Assembly: GCA_963778655.1 (NCBI GenBank)
Contig: CAVZVA010000010.1
Span: 1,472,001-1,536,000, forward strand
Direction of reading: 5' to 3'
From: an uncultured delta proteobacterium
GTDB taxonomy: Bacteria > Myxococcota_A > Polyangia > Polyangiales > JAFGIB01
Length of the DNA stretch: 64,000 nt
Below, piece by piece: positions 1 through 9,965 of the stretch. Below the pieces are notes generated by a model. That model had not been told where the DNA came from. It did not search any database and saw only the letters and a list, made by a program, of their open reading frames with translations. The position numbers were made by a program, and so were the translations under genes. How positions within the stretch are numbered: position 1 is the first letter of the stretch; every line of letters begins with the position of its first letter.

Positions 1-2900
1 TCGAGCCCGGGCGGAACGCGCAGGATCACGTTGGAGGGCTTGACGTCGAGGTGTCCGATGCCAACCTGGTGCATGCTCTGCAGGCCCTCGGCCATGCCAT
101 CGAGCAGCGCCAGCGCGCGCTCCAGGCTCAGCTCGCCGCGTTCGATCACGCGCTCCAGCGTGGGCCCCTCGACCAGCTCCATGACCAGGATCGGCTTGGG
201 CCGCGCGCCGGCATCGAAGGTGACGAAGGTGGCGAGATTCTGCTGCTTGGGCAGCGCGAGCAGCGCGCCGGCCTCCTCGCGGAACAGCGTCAGGAACTGC
301 TCCTCGGACAGCGTGCGCGCTGCCTCCGCGCTGTAGTCCGGCACCTTCAGCGCGAAGCGCACCGCGCTCTCGCGGTGGCGCTCCTCGGCGCGCGTCACCA
401 CGAACACCGAGCCGACCCCGCCCGCGCCCAGCGAGCGCAGCACGAAGAAGCCGCCGATGATGCGCCGGCCGGGCAGCCACGGCGGCAGCGGCGCCTCCTT
501 GGGCACGGGCGGCACGAAGCTGTCGCGGCGGTCGGGCAGCGCGTGCAGCGGCATCGCCCGCGTGCGGTCGAGCACCACGCGCGCCACCCCGGCGATCGCC
601 TCCGGCAGCTCCTGGCCCAGGGTCGTGTGCACCGAGTCCAGCACCTCGGGCAGGTCCGCGCTCTGGCCCTTGACCAGCTGCTCGAGCGTCATCTCGAGCA
701 TGCTTACCGCGCTGCCGCTGGCCGGCACCGGCCGCTGCTGGCGCGAGATCAGGCGCCGCCGCGCGCCCACCGTGAGTTGCGCCAGCGCGAACACCGTGGA
801 CTCGAGCTGGGTCAAGGCCCGCGGCTCGGCCTCGCTCAGCTCCGCGAGCGAGCGCCGCGCCGCCACCGTCTCGAGCTCGCGTGCATAGCGCAGCAGCCCC
901 TGGCGCAGCGCGCTCACGCGCAGCGTGCTGGCCCACGGCAGGCTCTGCGCCAGGTCGACCAGCGCGTCGAGCGCGGCGCGCGCCCTCTTGCCGCTCGGCT
1001 GCGCGCCCTCGGTCACGCGCGTGAGCTCGGCGTAGGCCGTCACGCAGCGCTGGAAGTCCACGATCATCGAGGCCTCGCCCACGGTGCGCTGGTCGAGCGC
1101 GCTGCGCACGTTGTCGGCGACCGCCATCATCACGTCGCTGAGCTCGCAGATCTCGTCGCGCACCAGCGCGTCGAGCGCGCGCGCCACCGACGCGCACACG
1201 ATGCGGCGCAGCGGCGAGGAGGCGTCGTCCCGCGCGCGCCCGAGCAGCACGCGCGCCACCCGCACCCGGCGCTCGCGGCGCTGGCCGGTCAAGTCCTCGC
1301 CGTAGCTGCCGTCGGCGTCGACCAGGTGCAGCAGCGTGCGCATGCGCCGCAGCCGCAGCGTGAGGTGGTCGACCGCGCCGCCCTCGGCCACCGGCCGCGA
1401 CTCGCTCTTGAGCAGGAAAGTTGTCAGGCGCTGAAACAGGTCGCCGAGCGGCGCGGTCGCGGCCTGGGCCTCCTTGCCGCTGACGCCGATGGTGAGCAGA
1501 TCGCCGAGCGTGGCGGTCTCGAGCAAGGCGACGTCCAGCTCGCGCATCGCGCGAAAGCCCAGGCGCCGGCCCGCGCGCTCGTCGTCGTTGGTCTGCTCCA
1601 GCTCGGAGATGCGCCCTTGGGCCTGCTTGAAGATGTCCTGCGCCAGCACGTAGGCCTGCCGGGCGTCCCGCTCGGCGAACGCGCGCAGCGCCGCGTCGAG
1701 CGCGTCGCGCAACGAGGGCTTACGCTGCGCGGGCGGCGATAGCTCGTCGATCAGTGCTTCGCAAAGCGCCACCCGGCCGTCGTCGTCGATGCGGCTGCTG
1801 TTGAGCCAGCTCTCGAGCTTGTCGCGCGCATAGCGGGCGGCCCAGGCTCCGAACTCGCCCACGCGCTCGCGGCGCAGCTCGACCAGGGCCTCGGCACCCT
1901 CCAGCCCGGCGATGCGCACGATCTGGTTGAGCAGCTCCTCGGCCGCCTCCGGCTCCTCCTCGGCCGCGCGCGCCAGCCCGAACACCATCGTGCCGGCCAG
2001 CCCCGCGTCGCTACGCAGCGTGTCGTCGGCGAGCAGCTCGCGGCAACGGCGCAGGCCGGTCTCGGGGTCGAGCGCGATGCTGGCCGCGAGCGAGACCGCC
2101 GCGCGCCGCCACTCGGTCGGGGTCAGCTTGGGGTCGAGGTTCTGCTCGATCTCCTCGCGCAGCTCGGGATCGGCGCGGCTCAGGATGCCGCGCGCGACCG
2201 CCACGTGGCGCCAGACCAGCGATTCGCGGTCTGCGAGCAAGAGCTTCCACGGGCTCTGGACTGCCGGCTCCTGGAACGCGCGCAGGCTGCCGGCGTCGCC
2301 CTGCGCCACGCGCCGCGCGCACTCGCGCGCCGCGCGCTCGAGCAGGCGCGCGGCCAGCCGCCGCGACGGCAGCGATCCCGTGGCTGGCTCCGAGACCCAC
2401 TCGCGGCGCAGGTCGGGCCGCGAGATCAGCGCCAGCGCCAGCCGATCGGACGAGACCGAGTTGCCGATCGGCAGCTCCAGCGCCAGCGCGACGCGCGCGC
2501 GGATCGGCGCGCCGGTCAGCGTCCTCTTCGACTCGGCCGCCAGCGAGGTGGCCAACACCACGAAGGTCTCGGCGTCGCCTTCGTACAGCCGCATCAGCAC
2601 CTGGCGTCCGAGCTGGCGCCGCTCCGGGCCGATCGGAATCGCCGCCGCCAGCTCGTAGACCGCCGCTGCAGCCGCCGGCGGCGAAAGCCAGTCGAGATCC
2701 TGAACCAAGTTTGCGGCGAAGGCCGCGCGCACCGCCTCCAGCAGCAGCTTGGGATCGATGCCTTCGAGCGGCACCGGTTGCTGCTCCAGCGCAGCGCGCG
2801 CCAGCGTCGCCATGGCCTGGCGCCAGAGCGAGCGCCGCTCCTCTTCGCTGGCAACCTGCGGGAGCTGCGTGAACGCGCTCAGGTGATTGGTCGCAGGCAC
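1..2900 (-). CDS. Large Ser/Thr protein kinase with a long helical N-terminal region and C-terminal kinase domain (runs off the window start)
   Basis: Absent from the ORF track because it has no stop in the window. Manual minus-strand translation from GTG 2900 (overlapping the upstream stop by 1 nt) gives LGAGGVGSVF, FALKVPD, LVMELVEGPTL and HLDVKPSN. Confidence 0.85.
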   Translation of the reverse strand, partial: MPATNHLSAFTQLPQVASEEERRSLWRQAMATLARAALEQQPVPLEGIDPKLLLEAVRAAFAANLVQDLDWLSPPAAAAAVYELAAAIPIGPERRQLGRQVLMRLYEGDAETFVVLATSLAAESKRTLTGAPIRARVALALELPIGNSVSSDRLALALISRPDLRREWVSEPATGSLPSRRLAARLLERAARECARRVAQGDAGSLRAFQEPAVQSPWKLLLADRESLVWRHVAVARGILSRADPELREEIEQNLDPKLTPTEWRRAAVSLAASIALDPETGLRRCRELLADDTLRSDAGLAGTMVFGLARAAEEEPEAAEELLNQIVRIAGLEGAEALVELRRERVGEFGAWAARYARDKLESWLNSSRIDDDGRVALCEALIDELSPPAQRKPSLRDALDAALRAFAERDARQAYVLAQDIFKQAQGRISELEQTNDDERAGRRLGFRAMRELDVALLETATLGDLLTIGVSGKEAQAATAPLGDLFQRLTTFLLKSESRPVAEGGAVDHLTLRLRRMRTLLHLVDADGSYGEDLTGQRRERRVRVARVLLGRARDDASSPLRRIVCASVARALDALVRDEICELSDVMMAVADNVRSALDQRTVGEASMIVDFQRCVTAYAELTRVTEGAQPSGKRARAALDALVDLAQSLPWASTLRVSALRQGLLRYARELETVAARRSLAELSEAEPRALTQLESTVFALAQLTVGARRRLISRQQRPVPASGSAVSMLEMTLEQLVKGQSADLPEVLDSVHTTLGQELPEAIAGVARVVLDRTRAMPLHALPDRRDSFVPPVPKEAPLPPWLPGRRIIGGFFVLRSLGAGGVGSVFVVTRAEERHRESAVRFALKVPDYSAEAARTLSEEQFLTLFREEAGALLALPKQQNLATFVTFDAGARPKPILVMELVEGPTLERVIERGELSLERALALLDGMAEGLQSMHQVGIGHLDVKPSNVILRVPPGL

Positions 2901-4936
2901 TAGCCTCGCTCCGGGGGCAGGGCGCGATCGGCCGGCGACTCGAGCGCCTGGGTCTCGGCATCCTGCGGCACGTCGATACCCGCCATCGCGAGCAGCCGCA
3001 GGGCGTTGCTGGTCCGCACCACGCCCGGCCGCAGGCGGTAGTCGAAGCGCATCTCGCCGTCTTCCACCACGTCGGTGAAGTGCACGTTGCGGATGCGTTC
3101 GGGCTGCTCGCGCTCGAGCGCGGCGAGCGCCACGTCGTGCGTCGCAACCAGCCCCAACGCCGAGCGCTGCAGCAGGTGCAGCAACACGGCGCGCGCGCCC
3201 ACGTGACGCGCGCGCGCATTGGTTCCGCGCAGCAGCTCGTCGAGCAGGAACAGCACCGGCGGCTGCTCCTGCGCGTCCTCCACCACCGTGCGCAGCTTCT
3301 GCAGCTCCGCGAGGAAATAGCTCGCGCCCTCCTGCAAAGAGTCCTCCGCGCGCATGCTTGCGCGCAGCCGCGACAGCGGCACGCGCAGCGCGGCCGCGCA
3401 CACCGGCCCGCCCGCGAGGGCGAGCGCCACGTTGACGCCCACCGCGCGCAGCAGCGTGCTCTTGCCGGCCATGTTCGAGCCGGTCACGATCAACGCGAAG
3501 CCGGGCCCCGCGAGCTGCACGTCGTTGGCGACGCGGCTCTCGGCCGCCAGCAGCGGGTGGCACAGCCCGCGCGCGTCGAGCGCGCCGCCGGCCGCGACCA
3601 CCTCGGGCATGCGCGCCGCCGGATCGAGAAAGCCCAGGGTGGCCAGCGAGCAAAGCGCCTCGATCTCGCCCAGCGCCGCGAACCAGTCGGCGGTGCGCCG
3701 GCCGACCCGCGCGTTCCAGCGCTCGAGCCCGCGCAGCACGTGCAGATCCCACAGCGTCAGCGGTGCCACTGCGATGTAGAACAGAAACTGCTGGCGCAGC
3801 TCGGCCGAGCTGGTCCAAGACTTCAGCCGCCGCATGTGCACCGACGGCGGCGTGCCGTCGACCGCCAGCCGTCGTTGCAGCCCGCACAGCAACGGGCTCT
3901 CGAAGCGGGCGCGCTCCACCACCACCAGCATGCGCTCGAAGGCTTCGGCCGCGCCCTGGCGCGCGGCGGCCAGGTCGAAGGCGCGCTTGACCGGCCGCGC
4001 CGTCAGCCACAGCAGCCCGAGTTGCACGCACAGCGGCAGCAGCCAGCTCGCTGCCGGCAACAGGCCCGCGCCGCCGGCCAGGTAGCACAGCAGCGTCAGC
4101 GGCGGCAGCGCGAAGATGGTCGGCGTGAGCCAGCGGTGGGAGGCGAAGTAGGAGGGCAGCTCCGCAAACTCGCGAAACGGCCGTCCGTCGAGCTTCTCGC
4201 CGCCGTTCGCGGTCAGGGCGGCGGCCTCCAGCTCCTGGCGCAGCTCCACCATCGGCGCGAGCTCAAGCACCGCCGCCTGGCGCGGCCCGATCGCGTCCAG
4301 CCCCGCGGCGCGACCCAGCCAGTCGCACAGCACGTGCTCGCCATGGACCGTGTGCGTGACGTCGATGCGTTGCAGCAGCGAGCCCGGGCCGAGCAGATCG
4401 ACGTCCCACGCGTAGGGGTGGCTTGCGGGCAGCAGCCGCGCGTGATCGCAGGGCAGCTTGGTCCATCCGCCGTCGAGGCGCATCAGATGCCGCTGGTGCA
4501 CGTCGCGGCGCACGCGTGCGTCGTCCAGCGCCGCGATCACGCGCCGCTGTGCGATCACCGCGGCCGCGAAGCCGAGTGTGCACAGCGAGCCCAGGCTCCA
4601 CGCCCAGCCCGCGCCTTGTGCGAGCGCGGCCGCAAGCGCCGCCCCCGCAGCCAGAAAGGCCAGCAGCCGCAGCAGCGACAGCCGGCTCGACTGCGCTTCG
4701 CGCCGCGCCATCTCGGCTTCGAGCCGCGCGCGCAGGTCGCCGTGCACGCGCGCTGGATCGCTCCGCTTGGACGAGCCGCCTGTGGCGCTCGCCGTCGAGC
4801 GCGCCTGGGTGTCATCGTCGATCAGGTTCGCCACCTGCACCTTTGCCCGCTGCGCCGCAACCTGAGGCGGCGGCGCCGCGCTCGGGGCCGCGGGCCGGTC
4901 TCCTAGTATACAGGGCCGCACGGCGCGTATCGGCAC
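2900..4936 (-). CDS. Membrane-anchored MutS domain V ATPase (truncated MutS family); true start probably downstream of 4936
   Basis: Walker A GSNMAGKSTLLR, SYFLAEL, Walker B LLDELLRGTN, ATHD, FDYRLRPG; N-terminal and central hydrophobic segments. Confidence 0.9.
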   Translation of the reverse strand: MPIRAVRPCILGDRPAAPSAAPPPQVAAQRAKVQVANLIDDDTQARSTASATGGSSKRSDPARVHGDLRARLEAEMARREAQSSRLSLLRLLAFLAAGAALAAALAQGAGWAWSLGSLCTLGFAAAVIAQRRVIAALDDARVRRDVHQRHLMRLDGGWTKLPCDHARLLPASHPYAWDVDLLGPGSLLQRIDVTHTVHGEHVLCDWLGRAAGLDAIGPRQAAVLELAPMVELRQELEAAALTANGGEKLDGRPFREFAELPSYFASHRWLTPTIFALPPLTLLCYLAGGAGLLPAASWLLPLCVQLGLLWLTARPVKRAFDLAAARQGAAEAFERMLVVVERARFESPLLCGLQRRLAVDGTPPSVHMRRLKSWTSSAELRQQFLFYIAVAPLTLWDLHVLRGLERWNARVGRRTADWFAALGEIEALCSLATLGFLDPAARMPEVVAAGGALDARGLCHPLLAAESRVANDVQLAGPGFALIVTGSNMAGKSTLLRAVGVNVALALAGGPVCAAALRVPLSRLRASMRAEDSLQEGASYFLAELQKLRTVVEDAQEQPPVLFLLDELLRGTNARARHVGARAVLLHLLQRSALGLVATHDVALAALEREQPERIRNVHFTDVVEDGEMRFDYRLRPGVVRTSNALRLLAMAGIDVPQDAETQALESPADRALPPERG

Positions 4937-5176
4937 CGGATCGCGCCCGACGCATGCTGCTGGCCGCCGCGGCCTGCCTCTCGCCTTTCGTACCCCAATC
5001 TGGGGTCAACGGAAGCCTCCTAACATCGGCAATTACCGAAGGTTGGCGGCATTGCAACCACGGATCGTGGCGACCCCCGCGATTGACTGGAGGTCTGATG
5101 TGGGATACACCCCGGCGCGCGCCGGATGAACCGTCGGCTCTGTTTGCGCCGCGTCCCGGCCCACGAGGAGCGTCGC

Positions 5177-6070
5177 ATGGGTGTCACGAAGGTAGCGGTC
5201 GTTGGGTGCGGGAAGATGGGTCGCGGCATCGTCGAAGTGTGCGCAGCGGCGGGCATCGAGGTGACGGCGATCAAGGTCACCCCCGGAAGCTTGGAGCAGC
5301 CGCAGGAGAAGATCCGCCAGTCGCTGGACCGTCGGGTCAAGCGCGGCAGGATGACCGCCGAGCAGCGCGCCGAGGTGCTCGGACGCGTGCGCTTCAGCGC
5401 CGACCTGCGCGCGGCGGGCGAGGCCGAGGTGGTGATCGAGTCCGCGCTCGAGGAGGAAGGCGCGAAGCTCGAGCTGCTCAAGAAGCTGGAAGCCCACATG
5501 CACCCGGAAGCCGTGCTCGGCACCAACACCTCCTCGCTCAAGCTGGAGACGCTGGCCGCTGCGCTGGAGCGCCCGGAGCGCTTCGTCGGCCTGCACTTCT
5601 TCAACCCAGTGCCGCAGATGGAGCTGGTCGAGCTGGGCGGGATCGAGCGCAGCGCGGAATACGCCCTGAAGCGCGCGGAGGCGCTTTGCCGGCAGATCGG
5701 CAAGACGCCGGTGCGCATCAAGTCGTCACCCGGCTACGTGGTCAACCGCTTGCTCGTGCCCTACATGCTGCACGGTATCGAGACGCTGGAGTCGGGCATC
5801 GCCGACGCTGAAGGCATCGATACGGCGATGCGGCTCGGCTGCGGCCATCCGATGGGCCCCCTGGCGCTCGCCGACCTGATCGGTCTCGACGTCGTCTACG
5901 CGATGGCCGAGACGCTGCGGCGCGAGCTCAAGGACGAGCGCTACAAGGTTCCGCGCACGCTCAAGCAGCTGCTTGCCGCCAAGCAGCTCGGGCGTCAGAC
6001 CGGGATCGGCATCTACGACTACAGCGGCGAGACGCCGGCCCTCAATCCCGCGATCCAGCTGGGCAACTAA
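5177..6070 (+). CDS. 3-hydroxyacyl-CoA (3-hydroxybutyryl-CoA) dehydrogenase
   Basis: VAVVGCGKMGRG Rossmann motif, TNTSSL, GLHFFNP, PMGPLALADLIGLD; GAGGAG RBS before ATG 5177. Confidence 0.93.
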   Translation: MGVTKVAVVGCGKMGRGIVEVCAAAGIEVTAIKVTPGSLEQPQEKIRQSLDRRVKRGRMTAEQRAEVLGRVRFSADLRAAGEAEVVIESALEEEGAKLELLKKLEAHMHPEAVLGTNTSSLKLETLAAALERPERFVGLHFFNPVPQMELVELGGIERSAEYALKRAEALCRQIGKTPVRIKSSPGYVVNRLLVPYMLHGIETLESGIADAEGIDTAMRLGCGHPMGPLALADLIGLDVVYAMAETLRRELKDERYKVPRTLKQLLAAKQLGRQTGIGIYDYSGETPALNPAIQLGN

Positions 6071-6092
6071 ATCAGAGCTCGCGTGCTAGATG

Positions 6093-6263
6093 CTAGAGCA
6101 CCGAACATATTGAAACGCGTGCGAAGTCGGGGTCATGGCGGGATGCAGGGTGCGGGCGGGAGCCCGAAGGCGTAGTCCATCCTACGTCGAGCGGGGAGCG
6201 CGCGTCCCATGCGCCCGCGAGGGCCCCGAAATCGTGCGTGTTTCAACATGTTCGGTGCTCTAG
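6093..6263. mobile_element. MITE-like non-coding element with ~40 bp imperfect terminal inverted repeats bounded by CTAG
   Basis: Left end CTAGAGCACCGAACATATTGAAAC; reverse complement of right end CTAGAGCACCGAACATGTTGAAAC; internal hairpin CGTAGtccatcCTACG. Confidence 0.7.
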
Positions 6264-6457
6264 CTAGCCGTCAGCCCCCGCATCCTCTCGGGTGCCGCGC
6301 TTGCGTCGGCCCGGCTCGGGCTCTGCAACCGGCGGCGGGGAACGTACCCGACCCACGCCAAATTACCGCAAAAGAAAAAAAGTACACACCATTACATCAA
6401 AGTTATCTCTCCTTGATGTAATCTGGGGCTGCCCTTTGCGGGCAGGAGTCCCCAGGC

Positions 6458-7744
6458 GTGCTTCCGACCGCTCCTCTGGCCGCACCCCCCGCGCTTTCCC
6501 CGGAATGGCGCTTGGCCGGGCCCCGGGCGGCCGCGATCGCGGCCCCGCGGGCCGACACCGGCGAGCCGAGGGGGGTCCCGGTCCCGCACGCGCGCCCGCT
6601 GTCCGACGAGCGACTGCTTTCGCGCCTGGGCCTGATCGGGACGGGCTATGCGCTGCTGCTCGCGCTCTTGGCCACGCTCGCGCCGTTCCGCTTCGCGCGC
6701 CCCGAACGCTTCGCCTTCGACCTTTCACTGTCGCAGTCCGACGTGGCGCTCAATCTATTGCTGCTGCTGCCGCTCGGCTTCTTCTACGCGCTGAGCGCCC
6801 GTGGCCGCGGCACGCGCGCATTGTCCGCGCTCGCCGGGGGTGCCGCCCTGAGCCTTTCGATCGAGCTCGCGCAGATGTTCCTGCCCGAGCGCCGTGCCAG
6901 CCCCTGGGACATGACCGCCAACGCCGCCTCGGCCTGGGCGGGCGCGCGGCTTTACGAGCTGCTCGCGCCCTGGCTCGATCGCTGGTTGCTGTCGCGCTTG
7001 CGTGCGCGACGGCCTGTCGCGAACCTGCCCGTGCTGCTGCTGCCTTTGCTTTGGCTCGATGGCATGACCGCGCATCCGCTCTCGCACGCCTTGCTCGCGC
7101 TGCCGCTGGGCTTGGCCGGCGCCTCCGCGTTGAGCGCCGGCGCCCCCGCGCGCTGGCCGGCGCGTGCGAGCCGCAGCGCGCGTGCCTGCGCATGGTTTGC
7201 GCTCGGCCTGCTGCCCGCGCTGCTGACCGCGCCCGCTTGGGTCGCGCTGGCGCTTCCGTGCCTCGCCCTGGCCACGCCGTGGCTGGAGCGGCGCGGGCGC
7301 GGCGAGCTGGCCGCGCTGCGCCAGGCGCTGGGGCTGCTGCTGGTGTATCTGCTGGCATCCGTGCTGCTGCCATGGAGCTTCGGTCACCGCTTTCACTTCA
7401 CCGTGGGCTTCATGACGTTCGACAGCTACTGCTGTCCCATGATGCTCGCTTTCCTCGCGCGCTATGCGGCCTTCACGCTGCTCGGCTACCTGTTGGCCGA
7501 GCGCGCTGCCCACATTCCGAGCGCGCACGCGCCGGGGCTCGGCCGTGTCGGGCTACAAGCCTCACTGCTCGCCCTCTTGCTCGAGCTGGCACAGGGGTGC
7601 AGCCCCGCGCACGGCGCCTCCGTCCTGGCTTTCGTGCTGCTGTCGCTTGCGGCGATCGGCGGGGCGCTGCTGCACCGTGCGCAGCAAGCGCTGGCCGCGC
7701 CGGCGGCGGTGCTTGGGGCCACCGCGCAGCCCGCCTGCAGGTGA
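6458..7744 (+). CDS. VanZ-like multi-pass membrane protein
   Basis: DVALNLLLLLPLGF and LSLSIELAQMFLPERRASPWDMTAN, with a second degenerate copy (LLLELAQG); many hydrophobic segments. Confidence 0.75.
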   Translation: MLPTAPLAAPPALSPEWRLAGPRAAAIAAPRADTGEPRGVPVPHARPLSDERLLSRLGLIGTGYALLLALLATLAPFRFARPERFAFDLSLSQSDVALNLLLLLPLGFFYALSARGRGTRALSALAGGAALSLSIELAQMFLPERRASPWDMTANAASAWAGARLYELLAPWLDRWLLSRLRARRPVANLPVLLLPLLWLDGMTAHPLSHALLALPLGLAGASALSAGAPARWPARASRSARACAWFALGLLPALLTAPAWVALALPCLALATPWLERRGRGELAALRQALGLLLVYLLASVLLPWSFGHRFHFTVGFMTFDSYCCPMMLAFLARYAAFTLLGYLLAERAAHIPSAHAPGLGRVGLQASLLALLLELAQGCSPAHGASVLAFVLLSLAAIGGALLHRAQQALAAPAAVLGATAQPACR

Positions 7745-7785
7745 CCCAGCCGCGGGATTTGGTTACAGTCGCGCGTGAGGTTGTG

Positions 7786-8889
7786 ATGGTTGGCTTATCT
7801 TCCCTGCGAAGCCCGGCGCGGGTCCGCTTCGCGGCTGCGCTGGCGCTGCTACTCGGCTGCGCGTTGGGCGGCCCCTTGCTCCCGCGCGTGCACGCACAAG
7901 CGCAGGGACAGGCGCAAGCGCAGCCGCAAGCAGACGAGGAATCCGAGGATCCGGTCTACCGCCAGGCCATCGACGACGCCGTGCGCGAGTTCACCGCCGG
8001 CCACTGGGAAGAGGCGCGCGCGCTGTTCAAGAATGCGCACGAGCGCTCGCCAAACGCGCGCACCCTGCGCGGCATGGGCATGGCTGCGTACGAGCTGCGC
8101 ATGTACGTGCAGGCCATGCGCGAGCTCGACGCCTCGCTCAAGGACCCGCGCAAGCCGCTCGACCCCGAGCTGCGAAAGCAGGTGCAGACGCTGATGAACA
8201 AGGCGCGCGAGTTCGTGGGGCGCGTGCATCTGGTGCTGCAGCCGAAGGAGGCCAAGCCGTTGATCGACGGCGAGGGGTTCGAGCGCGAGCCCGACGGCAG
8301 CGTGCTGCTCGACGTTGGCACCCACGTCGTCAGCGCGACCGCGAGCGGCTACAAGCCGGTCTCGATCCGCTTCAACGTCGAGGGCGGCTCCGAGCAAAGC
8401 CTGCGCGTGGCGCTCGAGCCGCTGCTGGCGTTGCAGCCGGCGGTGCCGGCGATCGACGCCGCGCATCCGCCGCCGCAAGGCGCCGAGGCCGCGCCGCCGC
8501 CACCCAGCTCGCAACCCGTGCAGAAGCCGGCCCGGCAGGGGCACCTCGGCACCTATGCCTGGATCGCGCTGGCGGGCGCGGGCGCCTTCGGGATCACCAG
8601 CGCGGTGTTCTGGCTGGTGGGTGAGGGGCAGTACAAGGATCTCAAGGGCAGCTGCGCGCCGGCGTGCAGCGAGAAGCAGATCAGCGATTCCGGCGTCAAG
8701 ACGAGCGACGTCTTGACCAACGTCTTTCTGGGCGCCGCCGCGGTCTCGGCGCTGACGTCCGGCGTATTGTTCACGATCGAGGCCACTCGCGGCGGCGAGC
8801 ACAAACCGCCGGCGCGCGCAGGCGCGGGCCGGCCCGCGCTGGCGCTGGACGCGTCGCCCGGCGGCGTGCAGCTGCGGGGGACGTTCTGA
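7786..8889 (+). CDS. Secreted TPR + PEGA domain protein with hydrophobic C-terminal region (myxobacterial type)
   Basis: Signal peptide; TPR-like GHWEEARALFKNAHERSPNARTLRGMG; PEGA-like LDVGTHVVSATASGYKP; C-terminal GGVQLRGTF. Start trimmed from ORF 6292..8889. Confidence 0.8.
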   Translation: MVGLSSLRSPARVRFAAALALLLGCALGGPLLPRVHAQAQGQAQAQPQADEESEDPVYRQAIDDAVREFTAGHWEEARALFKNAHERSPNARTLRGMGMAAYELRMYVQAMRELDASLKDPRKPLDPELRKQVQTLMNKAREFVGRVHLVLQPKEAKPLIDGEGFEREPDGSVLLDVGTHVVSATASGYKPVSIRFNVEGGSEQSLRVALEPLLALQPAVPAIDAAHPPPQGAEAAPPPPSSQPVQKPARQGHLGTYAWIALAGAGAFGITSAVFWLVGEGQYKDLKGSCAPACSEKQISDSGVKTSDVLTNVFLGAAAVSALTSGVLFTIEATRGGEHKPPARAGAGRPALALDASPGGVQLRGTF

Positions 8890-9827
8890 TGCGCCGCGCG
8901 ATGCTGCTGCTGGCGGCGCTGCTCGCGTGCTGTGCGCTCGGCTGCAAGCACGACCTGGCCGCGCTGCGCTCGGCGACCAGCTCTGGCGGTGGCGTGCGCG
9001 ACTCGGGCACGCCCAGCCATCTCGGCACCGGCGGCAGCGGCAGCGGCGGTCAGGGCGGCTCCGCGGGTGCCAGCGACGGGGGCAGCGGCTCGGGCTCGGT
9101 CTCGCCGGCCGCGTGCGAGCCGTGTCCCGATCAGCCCGATGCGGGCGCGGCTCTCGGGCTGCGCGCGTGCTGTCGCGGCACCGACGGCAGCGAGTGCGGT
9201 CTGACCTTCGGCATGGGCCAGCTGTGCCTGCAGCGCATGGCGCCGGGCCAGCCGAGCAATGCTTGCCCGAGCATGGGCCAGGGCGCGCTGTCGCTCGACG
9301 GCTGCTGCCGGCCCGACGATCGCTGCGGGCTCGACGCCACGGGGGTGGAGCTCGGCTGCGTCGCGCGCGAAGAGATCCTGGTGCAGATCGGCGCGCCCAG
9401 GGCCGACCCGATGGCGTGCCAGTACACCTGCCAGACCGACGACGACTGCGCCTCGGCGACGGGCTTCGTGTGCGCCGAGGATCCCAAGGACTCCACGCAC
9501 AAGCGGCGCATATGCGTGAAGCAGTGCCTGCGCGACCAGGATTGCGTCAAGGGTCTGGTGTGCGCGCTCGGTAATGACGTCGCGATGGACCGCGTGCTCG
9601 CGTTCTGCCAGCCCCCGGTCGGCAACGTCGCGCCGGGCGCCTATTGCTCCGCGGCGCAGGACTGCGTCAACGGCGTGTGCTTGCAACTGCAGGGCATGGA
9701 TCCGTTCTGTACTCAGCTGTGCCGCAATCCCGCCGACTGTCCCAGCGGCCGCAACACCTGCTTCGCCTCCTCGATCAACACGCCGGCCAAGGATGCGATG
9801 CAGACTTTCCACATCTGCGGGCCGTAG
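8889..9827 (+). CDS. Cys-rich lipoprotein
   Basis: TGATG overlap with the upstream gene; lipobox-like ALGC; Gly/Ser linker; many Cys modules (GCCRPDDRCG, CQTDDDC, CLRDQDC). Confidence 0.8.
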   Translation: MRRAMLLLAALLACCALGCKHDLAALRSATSSGGGVRDSGTPSHLGTGGSGSGGQGGSAGASDGGSGSGSVSPAACEPCPDQPDAGAALGLRACCRGTDGSECGLTFGMGQLCLQRMAPGQPSNACPSMGQGALSLDGCCRPDDRCGLDATGVELGCVAREEILVQIGAPRADPMACQYTCQTDDDCASATGFVCAEDPKDSTHKRRICVKQCLRDQDCVKGLVCALGNDVAMDRVLAFCQPPVGNVAPGAYCSAAQDCVNGVCLQLQGMDPFCTQLCRNPADCPSGRNTCFASSINTPAKDAMQTFHICGP

Positions 9828-9965
9828 CAACACGAGACCGGGTTTTCTATCCGCACCGCGGCCGCGTCGAGCGAGCGGCAGCAAGGCGGGAAGGGCGGAG
9901 CTCGTCCGCACTTCCCGTCCTGCCATGTACACCTCCGGCCTGGTGTTTCAGGCCCGGCAGCGCTC

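Noticed and set aside
51..1742. 563-aa plus-strand ORF and similar long Arg/Ala-rich ORFs throughout the track
   Set aside because: Antisense or off-frame shadows of real genes in very high-GC DNA; here the minus strand carries clear kinase motifs.
6292..7785. 865-aa fusion upstream of the PEGA protein
   Set aside because: Off-frame overlap with the VanZ-like gene; the signal peptide begins at ~7786.
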